From positions 12,788,254 through 12,852,253 of the forward strand of contig NC_057749.1 in the NCBI RefSeq assembly GCF_004010195.1: 64,000 nt of DNA, in the 5' to 3' direction. The notes under the pieces were generated by a model. That model did not search any database, was not told where the DNA came from, and worked only from the letters and a program-made list of their open reading frames with translations. The DNA is from Chiloscyllium plagiosum. Lineage: Eukaryota. A program made the translations under genes and the position numbers. Positions within the stretch are counted from its first letter, which is position 1. Every line of letters begins with the position of its first letter. This document shows positions 25,545 through 38,744 of this stretch, one piece after another.

Positions 25545-28080
25545 CTGGGAAGACAGGTGGCAAATAAAATTCCAAGGAAAGAAATTCAAAATGCTTCACA
25601 AAAGGGACAACACATTGAAGAACTTATTATTATTAATTAGAAGAAAATAATGTGTATGAAAAGTGACAGAGATCAAAGTGATCTTGATAGACGATAAATA
25701 AATCTATTGCAACAATCCTCGGTGGCAGAATAAAACAAAACAGATGGTGGGATGTGTTAAAAGATCAAAATTGAGCTGAACCAGTGAAATAATTCTGTCA
25801 CGTTATAAATCAGTGGTGTGACCTTGGTTGAAATACTCTGTATAGTTATGGTCTCAACAGTGATAATTTATATTTATATCACTGTGGTACAGAGAGGATA
25901 TTGCAATAATGAAAGCATACGTAAGAGAGCAGCCAGAGTGATGAGAGGAATGGAGAAACGCAGGTACTTGTTTTTGTCTGGCACGGATGGGGTGGGCCAA
26001 GGGGCCTTTTTCTGTGCTTTAGATCTCTACGGCTGTAGGTTAGGCATGTTTTTGCTTGGGAAGACAAGGCATTCCTTGATTACACTCTTTAGGATTCTAA
26101 AGGAATAGATAATGTTGACTAGGACCAGTTGTTTCACCTTGATCGATAGGTTCTTGATTTGGTAAGGGAATCAAAGGTTATAGAGAGAAGGCAGGAGAAT
26201 GGGATTGAGAAACATATCAGCCATGATCAAGAGACAGAGCACATCCAATGGGTCAACTGGCTTAATTCTGCTCCTATGTCTTATGGTCCAGGACAGAAGA
26301 TACAACCTGCTGTCAAAGGGTTGGGTAGGGCCTTGGGAGCCAAACTCCAAATCAATTGGCGGAAACGATATTTCAGTGAGCGAGAGTAGTCAGCCTATGA
26401 AAGAGACCCCTAAAAAGACAATGGAAATGGTTAGTATTGATTCATTCAAACAAAGATTAGATAGACTTCCCTCAAAATATAGGATTTTGGCATCTGGTAG
26501 ATGAGTAATTTGAAACATGAGGTGTGATTTAGAAAAACAGGTGACCTGCGGATCTAATGGTCCCAAAGCTCTCCTCCGCTGGGAGTTTATTTATCTCATG
26601 TCTAAGTCTGTTGATGGAGATCAATGACTGTTCAGTCAGTAACTCCATTAATGCATTATGTGACTAGCATGATAGCACAAGGTGAATTACATGCTACTTG
26701 GATAGTTTCCATCCAACAGCCACTATGTTCTTATTTAGCCAGTTAAAAATAGCTCAGCTATGATGTCAGGTTGAAGAATCCGAAATTGTTTACTCTGGTG
26801 AAGTAGAGTCAGGTGAGAGATTTTTTCAAGAATAAATATTATATGAATTGTATTCCAATAATCTGTTTGAGATAGTTAGAAACTTCAAAGCTGAGAACTT
26901 GGGCTGAAGCTTATACAAGGGAAGATATGTCGACAGCTTAGATTTAACTTGTTTGCACAAAGAGCAGTGAACATCTGGAATGGTGACTCTGGGGAGTGGA
27001 AGACAGAGGGTGTGGGATATTTGAAATAAAAACTTTCTGGATATTTGAGGAAGTGGGCGATTGAGATTTGGGACCGGATGGATGGAAGAAGCAGTATTTT
27101 TCATGCTCCTGTGTCCTTTTTAAAACTTTATTTTGGAAATTCAATGAATGGGATCATGATGTGTGAGATTTAACGTTTAACAGAACTTTATGAATTTATG
27201 CTTTGTGACATTTCACCAATGGTGTTAGCTGGGGCTGCAACTCTTCTTAATATCATATATAGAGGAAATTTTCTGAAAAATGTGCTGTGGTGACTGGGTA
27301 AGTTTGATATTGAGCTCAGACTGTTGAGAATGCTGACTGACTCCTGATGAATATTTCTCTCATAGCAAGTAGTAGAGCAGCAGTAAACTTGCTTGATTCA
27401 CTGAGTATCCACAAAGTACAGGCTTCCTACTGAACAGTAAAATCTCAGCAACTATGCAAATATAAGGAAATCAACTTGAAAGACTTTAAAAGCTTAAATT
27501 GTGAAAAACTACAAAGAGTCAAATTCCAATGAGACTTGGGGGTCCAGGTACGCAGATCATTAAAATCTAATTGCTTACAGACTATAGCTTAAAAGAAAAG
27601 CCAATGGAATGCTCGCCATACAAGGCTTAGAAGTTTCATTTCAATTACACAAATCCCTGGTCAAAGTGTTGTGGAACACTGTCAGCAATCCTGAGTAGAT
27701 GGAAAAGATATACTGGCCTTGGAGGAAATGCAGTGTGGGTTGACCAGCATGATACTTAGACTCCAAGGGTTAAGCCATTAAATTACAAGGAGATATTTCT
27801 CAAAAGAAGTATTGTATTTCCTGGGATTTTGGATGTTAAGATGGGAACTAATCAATATTATGAGGAAATAATAGGGCAGTTAGTAACAAAGTGTTTCCAC
27901 TGATCAGTCTGACTAGGACTAGAGGGTATGGTCTAGAACCTCCTACCAGATCTTCAAGAGTGAAGTTAGTAAGCTCTACTATGTATAGATGGTAACTGAC
28001 TCTGGGTCTATTGTTAATTTAAAATTTGAGATTGATCAATTTTTCTTAACAATGTATAAAAGGATAGGAAGCAAAAGAGC
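25545..28080 (+). mobile_element. Cluster of old, fragmented CR1 3' pieces
   Basis: Degenerate CR1 text (caggtggcaaataaaattc, gagacttgggggtccaggtacgcagatc, ggactagaggg). Confidence 0.55.
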
Positions 28081-28119
28081 AACACTGAAAAAAAACCAAT
28101 TTTCAGAAAGGTTATTTCC

Positions 28120-28380
28120 TTAGAAACTCCACAAACCAGAAAGAGGCCATTCAGCCCATTGAATCTGCATCAATCCTCTGAGGAGTATCCCACTCCATCC
28201 CACATTTACTGTGGTTAATGCACCTAGTCTGAGCAACTTTGGATTGGGAGAGGAGACTGGAGCACCTGGCAGAAACCCATGTAGACATGGGGAGAATATG
28301 CAATGTAGTCACCAAAGGCTGGAATCAAACCTGGATCCCTGGTACTATGAGGCAGCAATGCTAACCACTTTGCCACCATA
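28120..28380 (-). mobile_element. HE1/V-SINE copy (diverged)
   Basis: gaggcagcaatgctaaccactttgccacc is the reverse complement of the SINE head at 53747-53778. Confidence 0.75.
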
Positions 28381-28702
28381 TGATTGTTCGAAATTTCTCT
28401 GTCCTTTGGTAGCCATCCTTCCCTTGTCTGATAGCCTCAGTGTTTTTTGAACATTTTCCTCAGTATGTGCTACACAGGCTGACAGTCACCACACAGTCAG
28501 AGAAACTTCTGATTATTCTGATGGTTGATTGTCACTTTAAACATTTTGAAAGTGATATTTCCCTAATGCTGATTGTTTATTGAGAGCAAACATGAGACTG
28601 TCTGTTGTGGAAGCCTTGTGGATCCTCCTCTCAAATTGACACAAGAATATACGGTAAGAATTGTAAGACAAGATACTAACAAAATCCCATGGTTGATATT
28701 TA

Positions 28703-28888
28703 GAGTCATAGAGCTGTACTGCATGGTCCAACTCGTCTATGCTGACCAGGTATCCGAACCTAATCTAGTCCCATTTGTCAGTATTTGGCCAGCATCCCTC
28801 TAAACCCTTCCTGTTCATGTGTCTATCCAGATGCCTTTAAATGTGATTGTACCAGTCTCCACCATTTCCTCTGGCAGCTCATTCCATT
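28703..28888 (-). mobile_element. CR1 3' end fragment just upstream of exon 4
   Basis: gagtcatagag tail and cctctggcagctcattcca. Confidence 0.75.
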
Positions 28889-29005
28889 TGTTTGCCTTGG
28901 CCTGTAAAATCATGATGTCTATACCGGTGATTCAATTAACAACAATCAATCTATTATTTATGTTTTAACTAAGTGTGTTTTATTTTATGTGCTTTTCTTG
29001 GACAG

Positions 29006-29467
29006 GTTTCTCACAATGACAGTGTTCCATCAGATTTAATCTACACTGTGAAAACTGCTCCTGTGCATGGTCAGTTGTTCATGGTTACTGAGAGCCAACT
29101 GACTGGACAACAGAAACCCCTCAAGTCATTTTCTCAAGATGACATAAACAGAGGCAGAGTTCAATACCTTAATTCCAGATTCAGCACTCAGGGGGATGCA
29201 TTTGTTCTTGATGTTACCAATGGATTTAAAACGGTGGATGGACTAACTGTGCTGGTGGAACTCATTCCTGATGTAATTATCTTAGTGACACAGAATATCT
29301 CTGTGAAAGAAGGCGATGCACGGGTCCTCACTGGAGATATCCTAAATGTTTCCAATTATCTTACCTCATCAAATTTTGAATTTTATGTTACCAAAACTCC
29401 AAAACATGGCAGAATTGGACGACAAAGCATTGTTGAAGGAAGTGTTACATCTTTTACTATGCAAGAG
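29006..29467 (+). CDS. CSPG4: CSPG4 coding exon 4
   Basis: ggacag|GTTTCT and CAAGAG|gtagat; 462 bp, phase 0-0; VSHNDSVPSDLIYTVKTAPVHG...SFTMQE. Confidence 0.94.
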
Positions 29468-29679
29468 GTAGATTGAATGGTATTTTCTTTTGTTGGTCTC
29501 CTTTCTCTTGTCTAATTGCCCTCAGTATGTGTTATGCAGCCAACACTCGCCACCGATTTAGAGAAATCTTTATGCATACTGCCAAATGCATGTTCTGAAA
29601 AGCAGTGGGTGCCCTCAACATGCTACCCTGGGAAAGTTTAAAGTAGGCTGCATTGTTTAGTTTTGCCTAAAAATAATAC

Positions 29680-30010
29680 TAGAGATCCACAGCACAGAAA
29701 AATGCCCATCAAATCTGTGCCAGTCAAAAACAAGCTCCCAACTTTTCTAATCCTATTTTCTTGAATTTGGCCTTGTACGCCTTGGCATCACAAGTATCCA
29801 TCTAAATATTTCTGAAGAGAAGTATAATGTTATGACTTTCTGTCTCTGCTGCCGTAAAGACAGTGAGTTCCAGATTCCCTCCACCCTATGGGTTAAATTG
29901 ATTTTCCTTACATCTCCTCTAAACCTTTTGCCCATCATCTTAAACCCATGCCCTCGATCACTGATCTTTCCATCAAGGGGAAATGTTCCTTCCCGTCAAC
30001 TCTATCTATA
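29680..30010 (-). mobile_element. Old CR1 3' fragment in intron 4
   Basis: ORF 29753..29938 RFRGDVRK..THRVEGIWNSL. Confidence 0.7.
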
Positions 30011-30265
30011 TCTCTGTTCTTACTTGTCTTTTGGAACTCACCTGTTCCAACACCAACCCTCCCCTACATGAGGCACATCTGTGCTCTTTGTTCATTATAA
30101 ACAGTGGACGTATGAGTAAAATGAAAGTGCCAATGAAATGCACAAAATACCCACTGAAGTGCAGTAACTGGGTCTGTGATGTATGTGGTGTTCTATTGAT
30201 TTAAATAATTAGTTTAATGTTGCTGTGTTCTTCTTTCCTAATATTCCTTTTCTGCACATTTTTAG

Positions 30266-30442
30266 GTGGAAGAAGAAGCAGTGCTTTATTTTCATGATAA
30301 CAGTGAAACATTGATGGACAGCTTCACCGTGATTGCCAATATGTCTGAGATTGACAGACAGAGTGAGCCAAAGTCAGTTATTGTCACTGTGATCCCCGTT
30401 AATGACGAGGCTCCTGTTGTTACCATTAATACTGAATTGAAG
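30266..30442 (+). CDS. CSPG4: CSPG4 coding exon 5
   Basis: ttttag|GTGGAA and TTGAAG|gtaaca; 177 bp; VEEEAVLYFHDNSETLMDSF...PVNDEAPVVTINTELK. Confidence 0.95.
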
Positions 30443-30884
30443 GTAACAGTATAGTTTATATTCACTCCTCACTCCTAGAATGAATCTACTGGGTAATACA
30501 AATTAAAGATTTAACCACTTGTAGACCAAATATATTCACTGCAAGGAATGGCACTCTTTGCTAATACCTCCAAACTCTCCATGTTTAGGAGAGCCAAATA
30601 AGCGATTTCTAGCACTGCTACCACATACAGACTTGTGGTTTTTTTGACATTGTTAGAAGTTCCTTACATATTAGCAAAGGGATGGTTTAAGTTAAAAAGG
30701 TATCAAAATAACTTCTAACTTTGCCCAATTCAAAAGCTTTTATAAAGATCTGCTTGAATGAACATTGATTTTTTTTTTCAGGTCTAATTCAAAATAAATT
30801 AGATTTTAGCAATTATTTCATGAATTTTGCATTCATCAATATGAGAAATGAGCATAGTGCGGGATAATTTAAACTTTCCATGCC

Positions 30885-31384
30885 ACTTGAAAGGGTTCAG
30901 AAAAGATTTACAAGGATGTTGCCAGGGTTGGAGGATCTGAGCTACAGGGAGAGGCTGAACAGGCTGGGGCTGTTTTCCCTGGAGGGCCGGAGGCTGAGGG
31001 GTGACCTTATAGAGGTTTACAAAATTATGAGGGGCATGGATAGGATAAATAGACAAAGTCTTTTCCCTGAGGTCAGGGAGTCCAGAACTAGAGGGCATAG
31101 GTTTAGGGTGAGAGGGGAAAGATATAAAAGAGACCTACAGGGCAACCTTTTCACGCAGAGGGTGGTACCTGTATGGAATGAGCTGCCAGAGGAAGTGGTG
31201 GAGGCTAGTACAATTGCAACATTTAAGAGGCATTTGGATGGGTATATGAATAGGAAGAGTTTGGAGGGATACGGGCCGGGTGCTGGCAGGTGGGACTAGA
31301 TTGGGTTGGGATATCTGATTGGGATGGACGGGTTGGACCGAAGGTTCTGTTTCCATGCTGTACATCTCAATTACTCTATGACTC
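30885..31384 (+). mobile_element. Young CR1 (HER1-like) 3' fragment
   Basis: Uninterrupted ORF 30880..31299 LERVQKRFTRMLPGL..WNELPEEVVEA..GRWD. Confidence 0.92.
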
Positions 31385-31804
31385 ACTGTTTGCAGGATTG
31401 GAAGCTGGGGTGGCAACGATGCTGAGGACAGCATTTGGATTGCAATCTTTCTGTGAATGCGCAGTGGGTGGAAAGTCCTGGGACTAGAAATTGGAGATCA
31501 GAGTATACCAGCCCTGTGGAGGCCTTTGAACGACAGTGGTCTCCTTGGGGCGAAGGAACATCATAAACTCCAGAGTTGACATTCCAGTTTAATTATGATA
31601 CATTTCTGTTGACCGCTTCACTTTTGTTCTTGTTGAGGTGCACCATTCGGGCTGTCCAATTTCTTTTTAGGTTTATTTGAAATAGTAGATACTAGACCTA
31701 AACAATGAGTGGCAATGTGTCTAGGGGTGGACACTGGGTATTTTTGGGGATGGACCTTGGGTGCCAGTGTGTCTGAGGATGGGCCCTGGGTGGTTCTGGG
31801 GATG

Positions 31805-31998
31805 ATGTGGAGGTGCCAGTGTTGGACTGGGTTGGACAAGGTCAAAAATCGCATGACACCAGGATATAGTCCAATGGATTTGTTTGTAAACACAAGCTTT
31901 CGGAGTGCAGCTCCTTCATCGGGAGCAGCGCTCCAAAAACTAGTGTTTTCAAATAAATTTATTGGACTATAACCTGGTGTCGTGTGAGTTTTGATCTT
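31805..31998. mobile_element. Penelope-like family B palindrome
   Basis: Arms pivot within the hammerhead at ~31920; gttctggggatg on both sides (31793-31804, 31999-32010). Confidence 0.75.
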
Positions 31999-32029
31999 GT
32001 TCTGGGGATGAACACTAGGTGGCAGTTCA

Positions 32030-32243
32030 TTTAGGGATTGTTCAATATATCATTTCAGTTACATGACACTGTAATATTTTGCTATAAATTATGTGTCTTA
32101 TGATCTTATACTCCACAACCACCTGATGAAGGAGCATCGCGCCAAAAGCTAGTGCTTCCGGATGAACCTGTTGAACTATAATGTGGTGTTGAGTGATTTT
32201 AAACTTTGTCTACCCCAGTCCAACACCAGCTCTTCCACATCAT
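32030..32243 (+). mobile_element. Penelope-like family B 3' end
   Basis: ccacCTGATGAaggagc..aaagctagtgc at ~32119-32155; upstream part shared with 54520-54600. Confidence 0.75.
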
Positions 32244-34652
32244 TTCTGAAGATGGATACTGGATAGCCGTATGCCTGTACATAGATGTTGGGTGGGAGGT
32301 CTGGGAATTGGCAATGGGTGGCAGTGTTTCTGAGGATGGACACTGGGTGGCAGTGTTTCTGGGGATGGACACTGGGTGGCAGTGTTTCTGGGGATGGACA
32401 CTGGGTGGCAGCATTTCTGTGGATAGACACTGGGTGGCAGTGTTTCTGGGTTTGAACACGGGGCGGCAGTGTGTCTGGGGATAGACACAAGGTGGCAATT
32501 TTGATCCAGACTTTTGATCCAGATCCAGCTCACTGAATTTATTAAAAATGAAAACAGGATGAGCTGGAAATACACAGCTCAGCATCAAAGCAGATGAGAG
32601 GTAAAACCTCAGCTCTCCACAGATTATCCAAATCTGCTGAATATTTCCAGCCTTGTGTGCTTTTTATTTCAGCTTACTGTGTCATGGTATTTTGGATATG
32701 TGTCCCAATTTTGTTTTGAATTGTTTGGAAATATTGTCCTGACATGGCTGCCTGGATCCTAAGCTCTGGAATTCCACGTTTTTATTTCTTTGTCTCAGCA
32801 TCCTGACTTTACTTCCCTCAGTCACTCATTAAAAAATAAAGTTTTAATTTGCCCTGTATTTTCTCATGTAGCTCACTCACATTTTGCTTTCTAATACTCA
32901 AGTGAAGTGTCTTGGAAGCGACATTAAAGTTGTTTTACAAAAGACAGGTTGTTGTTGTTAAAGTGGCTTTTCTTTGCTAGTTTTTCATACTTCCATCTCT
33001 ATGTTCTTTGCTTGTTTAACCATCTCCTGTTCTACACTAAGCACTTTGCTGGTCACTCTTGTGCATGTGTTTATTTTGGGGTATTTGTTTCCTTTACTCT
33101 TTCCATCTTGACTTTATATAGCACCTTAATGTTTCATTTCAAATGCTAATATGACCTAGTTCTGATGCTGCATCCATGCCTGAAATGTTGATTTCTGTTC
33201 TTTCCTTCTGTCAGACCTACTAATGGTTTCAAGCATATTTTTGTTTCTCAGAGTTTCTTTCCTAATTCTTGGTAGGGAGGCAATCAAATTAATAAAAGAT
33301 ATGTATCAGATGTAGAGATTACAGTTGTGATGTCACTGCTGTATTGTGTGCTCAAGTGTAACTTAATCTCTATTAAATAGAAACTCTTTTTGAACTGATG
33401 ACTGGTGATATGTGTGTCACAATCTATCAGGTTGGAGAGAACGAGGATGCTGCTTTATCATCAGTCATTCAGAGATGAGGAAGAATTTACCAGCCTAAAA
33501 GATAGGGTCAAATCTATTAAGAATATGTACTTCAATATATTTTACTGGATTGAGAAATCGTGGAGAACAGAACTAATATTAGCTGGAGAGCTATAATCAC
33601 TGTATATTACATATTTTTTGAAGTTGTAGTCTACTACACTCTTCGCTAAGACTTCTTTCTGATTTTTGTTTCCATTATTATTTAGGGCATGCTGTTAATT
33701 AATACCCCTTTGGGACTTGCTGTGAGTTGATATTCCAAAGGGGCATAATTAATGTTCTGATGTGGCTTCTTGTCAACTACTATTTATATAATGCATTCTA
33801 TCCATTAATGATCTAACCCAATGCATATCAAATAGTATTTACTCTGGACTGGATATTATTCTTGTAACAGATAACTAACTGTACAGCCTTCTGGTTTACT
33901 GATCAGTATACTGCCTGATTTTATTCTTGCATTGTACTTCTACCAATGCAATAGTTTTCTAGTATGTTAGCTCAGTCCATTTGCTACAAGGCACTATTGC
34001 CTACTTGCCTGGATGAGTGTAACTCTAGCAAGACTCTAGAAGCATACCCCAACCATCCAGGATGAAGTACCTCACCTTGATTGTCCACTTAGTGCAATAT
34101 GCTGGAGTTGATTATCCATTAGCTCTGCTCAACCATGTTCCTCTTTCAAGTTGCGAGAGCTTTTCTCAAACTTTGTTTCTTATCTAGTTAGATGTATTCT
34201 TGTGTCTGAGGCTCTCCTCTCCATTTTAAACAGCAGGTAATGAACTGAGATACAAAGAAGAGAGGGGTTTCTATCTGACATGGTCTTGAGAGGCTAAAGG
34301 ATACATCTGAGCAAAGGATAAGGTCATTTAGGTGGAATTAGCTCAGTGGATGCTGCAGGCAGAGTCATTTTGACAAATCCATGAATTATGTAAGAATCAC
34401 TGTAATAGAGAGAGTTTTCTATATTGGGTATCTTTACAAAACCAAAGACTACTAAAACCTGTACAAATTACTGAGCAAAGGGCAGAATGGCCTATTCCTG
34501 CTCCTAAGAAATGTTTGTCATGTTTGTATGTTAGCATTTGATGATCAATTTGGGTCCCAATAATGACACAATTAATATTTGAGAATTGATAATGAGTGAA
34601 ATATACACCTTTTTCAATACTTCTAATGGCAGAAAATAATTCTTATTCTTAG

Positions 34653-34851
34653 ATGTGGGAACACAGCATTGCTGAGATCTCACAGGATTTATTGAACAGT
34701 GAGGATCCAGATACCCCTGCAGAAGAATTGATATATTCTATCAAGCCTCCATCCAATGGCCACGTGGCTCTCAAATCATCTTCGGATGACAGCATCCTGG
34801 AGTTTACCCAGGAACAGATCAACAGTGGTCAGATCATCTTTGTGCACAACG
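34653..34851 (+). CDS. CSPG4: CSPG4 coding exon 6
   Basis: tcttag|ATGTGG and CACAACG|gtaaga; 199 bp, phase 0 to 1; MWEHSIAEISQDLLNSEDPDTPAEELIYSI...FVHN. Confidence 0.95.
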
Positions 34852-35097
34852 GTAAGACGGGAGTCATGATTAGTTATTGAGCTGGTGCATCCACATGTTG
34901 CAGCCACTGAACTCATCTGGCAGTAAAACTCCATTATCACGATTCTACTTTGTGACACAATGAACAGGGCAGTAAAGCATTCATGGACAGAGAGAGAGAG
35001 AGAAAGGCAAGTACAGAGTTTGTGCAGGGTCATGCAAGGTCAGGAGATTTAGATACGAGAACAATGAGTTGGGATGGGCTGAAAGATATCTTTTTAA

Positions 35098-35960
35098 AGA
35101 GTCATAGAGATGTACAACACGGAAACAGACCCTTCGGTCCAACCTGTCCATGCCGACCAGATATCCCAACCCAATCTAGTCCCATCTGCCAGTACCCGGC
35201 CCATATCCCTCCAAACCCCTCCTATTCATATACCCATCCAAATGCCTCTGAAATGTTGCAATTGTACCAGCCTACACCACATCCTCTGGCAGCTCATTCC
35301 ATACACGTACCACCCTCTGTGTGAAAAGGTTGCCCTGTAGGTCTCTTTTATATCTTTCCCCTCTCACCCTAAACCCTAAACCTATGCCCTCTAGTTCTGG
35401 ACTCCCTGACCCCAGGGAAAAGACTTTGTCTATTTACCCTACCAATGCCCCTCATAATTTTGTAAACCTCTATAAGGTCACCCTTCAGCTTCTGATGCTC
35501 CAGGGAAAATAGCTCCAGCCTGTTCAGCCTCTCCCTGTAGCTCAAATCCTCCAACCCTGGCAACATCCTTGTAAATCTTTTCTGAACCTTTTCAAGTTTC
35601 ACANNNNNNNNNNNNNNNNNNNNNNNNNNNNNNNNNNNNNNNNNNNNNNNNNNNNNNNNNNNNNNNNNNNNNNNNNNNNNNNNNNNNNNNNNNNNNNNNN
35701 NNNNNNNNNNNNNNNNNNNNNNNNNNNNNNNNNNNNNCTAATTTTGGTGTCATCTGCAAACTTACTAGCTATAAGTTTTATGCTCACATCCAAATCATTT
35801 ATGTAAATGACAAAAAGTAGTGGACCCAGCACCGATCCTTGTGGCACTCCACTGGTCACAGGCCTCCAGTCTGAAAAACAACCCTCCACCACCACCCTCT
35901 GTCTTCTACCTTTGAGCCAGTTCTGTATCCAAATGGCTAGTTCTCCCTGTATTCCGTGAC
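35098..35960 (-). mobile_element. Young CR1 fragment spanning an N gap (35604-35737)
   Basis: [29 protein letters not shown] motifs; 3' part near-identical to the reverse complement of 30885-31384. Confidence 0.92.
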
Positions 35961-37097
35961 TTTTCCGAAGTTATTTAATCAATGCTGATCCAGAAACAGT
36001 CAGTACAGCAAACGCATTCCCAGAGTTGGAAATCTAGTTCATGTACAAACCAAGTTTATATAGCAGTTAGCATCTATGCAGTAATTGGCAACATGTAGGC
36101 AGTGGTATCACCAGTTATCCTAAAGAAGGAGCCCCTTATCGTTATGTTTCATTTGCGTCAAAGGCCTAATTTGTCTTTAAATATAAGGGGAATTTATATG
36201 CTTTTGTCAAGGCCCAGTATTGCATTGTAAAGCAAGATGACATTTATCCAGTTTGTCTCTGTATTCTAGGTAAGTCCATCAGGTACATCTTCTAGTGAGC
36301 CTACATAATCAACTGTAGACCCAGAAAATCTACCTCTTCCTAATTTGAAATAGTATATTTGAAAGTATATTTCTCACATTCTTCCAACGCCTGAATCATG
36401 TGTTTTATAATCTCTTTCTCCACCTGAATCCTGACTGTATCGAAATACAGACTCATTGCAGGGCCATCAGGCATGAACTCATTCTCCCCGGCCTTCACGT
36501 TGTGGGGGATCCCCTCCCACTTCCCCCAACCCTCCAACTCCCCAACATCCCAATCCTCTGAGAAATTACCAAACACAAGACAGTAATAAGCTCACCACCA
36601 TCTTCTCAAACAGTCCTGTAGTGCTTCTTTTCAGTGGTAATACGATATCATTCATTGGCCATTTCAGAGGACAGTTAAGAGTCAACCACATTGTTGTGAA
36701 TCTGGAGACACATGTAGGCAGATTTCTTTCTCTAAAGGACATTATTGAACCATGTGGGTTTTTCTGAGAATCCAACCTTTCATAATCATTATTAATGATA
36801 CCAGCTTTTTATTCCAGATTTATTTATTAATTGTATTTAAATCTCACCAGCAACCAGAGTGGAATCTCATGTGCATTAGTTCAAGCCTCTGGGTTACTAG
36901 TTTGTTATCATTACCCCTGTGCCATAATCCCCCAGAATGCAATTCATGAAGTAACAAACACTGAATGGATACTGTTGCATATCCAAAGGTTAATATTGTT
37001 TATACCCAGCCTATGGAAGTCAGGCATGAAACCTTGTGTTATTAAATATTAATTTTCAGATAATCTACTTTTCCCCTGGTGTCCCTTCCATTTGTAG

Positions 37098-37229
37098 GAT
37101 CATTGTCTGGAGGATTCAGCTTTGACGTGTCTGATGGAGTGAATAATGCAGCTGCACAGCTATTTACAGTCAATGCAAGACATTTGAACATCCGAATTGA
37201 AACAAAGGAACCTCTCATTATTTATCCAG
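37098..37229 (+). CDS. CSPG4: CSPG4 coding exon 7
   Basis: ttgtag|GATCAT and TATCCAG|gtatag; 132 bp, phase 1-1; GSLSGGFSFDVSDG...LIIYP. Confidence 0.94.
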
Positions 37230-37439
37230 GTATAGACATGGATTACAACAATTGGTGTCGGTTACATCGGGCACTGAGTGCATTCAGAGAGCCCTCACTG
37301 TTGCTGAGCTTATGTGAACCAGTTCAGAATCAAGGTAGGAAGGAAAATGAGATTTTCCTGTTGTGTGTGACTAGCTGGCACCAGAAACATTCAACCCAGG
37401 CCAGCTTTAAGAAACCATCCTTAAATCTCTTTCACATAC

Positions 37440-38740
37440 CTCTATCCTAGGATTATGTGGGAAGCAAGAGAGGAAATTGCAGAGCCGTTGGCAATGATCT
37501 TTTCGTCTTCACTGTCAATGGGGGTGGTACCAGGAGACTGGAGACTGGCGAATGTTGTGCCCCTGTTCAAAAAAGGGAATAGGGATAACCCCGGGAATTA
37601 CAGGCCAGTTAGTCTTACTTCGGTGGTAGGCAAAGTAATGGTAAGGGTACTGAGGGATAGGATTTGAGTATCTGGAAAGACACTGCTTGATTAGGGACAG
37701 CCAGCACGGATTTGTGAAGGGTAGGTCTTGCCTTACAAGTCTTATTGAATTCTTCGAGGAGGTGACCAAGCATGTGGATGAGGGTAGAGCAGTGGATGTA
37801 GTGTACATGGATTTCAGTAAGGCATTTGATAAGGTTCCCCATGGTAGGCCTATGTGGAAATTCAGGAGGCATGGGATAGAGGGAAACTTGGCCAATTGGA
37901 TAGAAAACTGGCTAACCGGTCGAAGTCAGAGAGTGGTGGCAGATGGTAAATATTCAGCCTGGAGCCCAGTTACAAGTGGAGTTCCGCAGGGATCAGTTCT
38001 AGGTCCTCTGCTGTTNNNNNNNNNNNNNNNNNNNNNNNNNNNNNNNNNNNNNNNNNNNNNNNNNNNNNNNNNNNNNNNNNNNNNNNNNNNNNNNNNNNNN
38101 NNNNNNNNNNNNNNNNNNNNNNNNNNNNNNNNNNNNNNNNNNNNNNNNNNNNNNNNNNNNNNNNNNNNNNNNNNNNNNNNNNNNNNNNNNNNNNNNNNNN
38201 NNNNNNNNNNNNNNNNNNNNNNNNNNNNNNNNNNNNNNNNNNNNNNNNNNNNNNNNNNNNNNNNNNNNNNNNNNNTAGGAAAGATGTGGGAGCTTTGGAG
38301 AGGTTGCAGAGAAGATTTACCAGGATGTTGCCTGGAATGGAGAGGAAGTCGTACGAGGATAGGTTGAGAGTTCTCGGCCTTTTCTCGTTGGAACGGCGAA
38401 GGATGAGGGGTGACTTGATAGAGGTTTATAAGATGATCAGAGGAATAGATAGAGTAGACAGTCAGAAACTTTTTCCCCGGGTGCAACAGAGTGTTACAAG
38501 GGGACATAAATTTAAGGTGAAGGGTGGAAGGTATAGGGGAGATATCAGGGGTGGGTTCTTTACCCAGAGAGTGGTGGGGGCATGCAATGCGCTGCCTGTA
38601 GGAGTGGTAGAGTCAGAATTTTTGGTGACCTTTAAGCGGCAATTGGATAGGTACTTGGATGGGTGCTTAAGTTAGGACAAATGTTCGGCACAACATCATG
38701 GGCTGAAGGGCCTGTTCTGTGCTGTATTGTTCTATGTTCT
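37440..38740 (+). mobile_element. CR1 ORF2 fragment spanning an N gap (38016-38275)
   Basis: WRLANVVPLFKKG..GNYRPVSLTS; QHGF; YMDFSKAFDKV; SGVPQGS. Confidence 0.92.
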
Positions 38741-38744
38741 ATAG

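Larger units (their letters stand above)
31705..32500. repeat. 29-bp minisatellite (ctggggatggacactgggtggcagtgttt) interrupted by two family B inserts
   Basis: cactgggtgg at 32341, 32370 and 32399; degenerate units at 31705-31804 and 31999-32030. Confidence 0.85.

Noticed and set aside
32176..32588. Repetitive ORFs and CRISPR-like periodicity (also at 59120-59890)
   Set aside because: Head-to-tail minisatellites without unique spacers in a vertebrate genome
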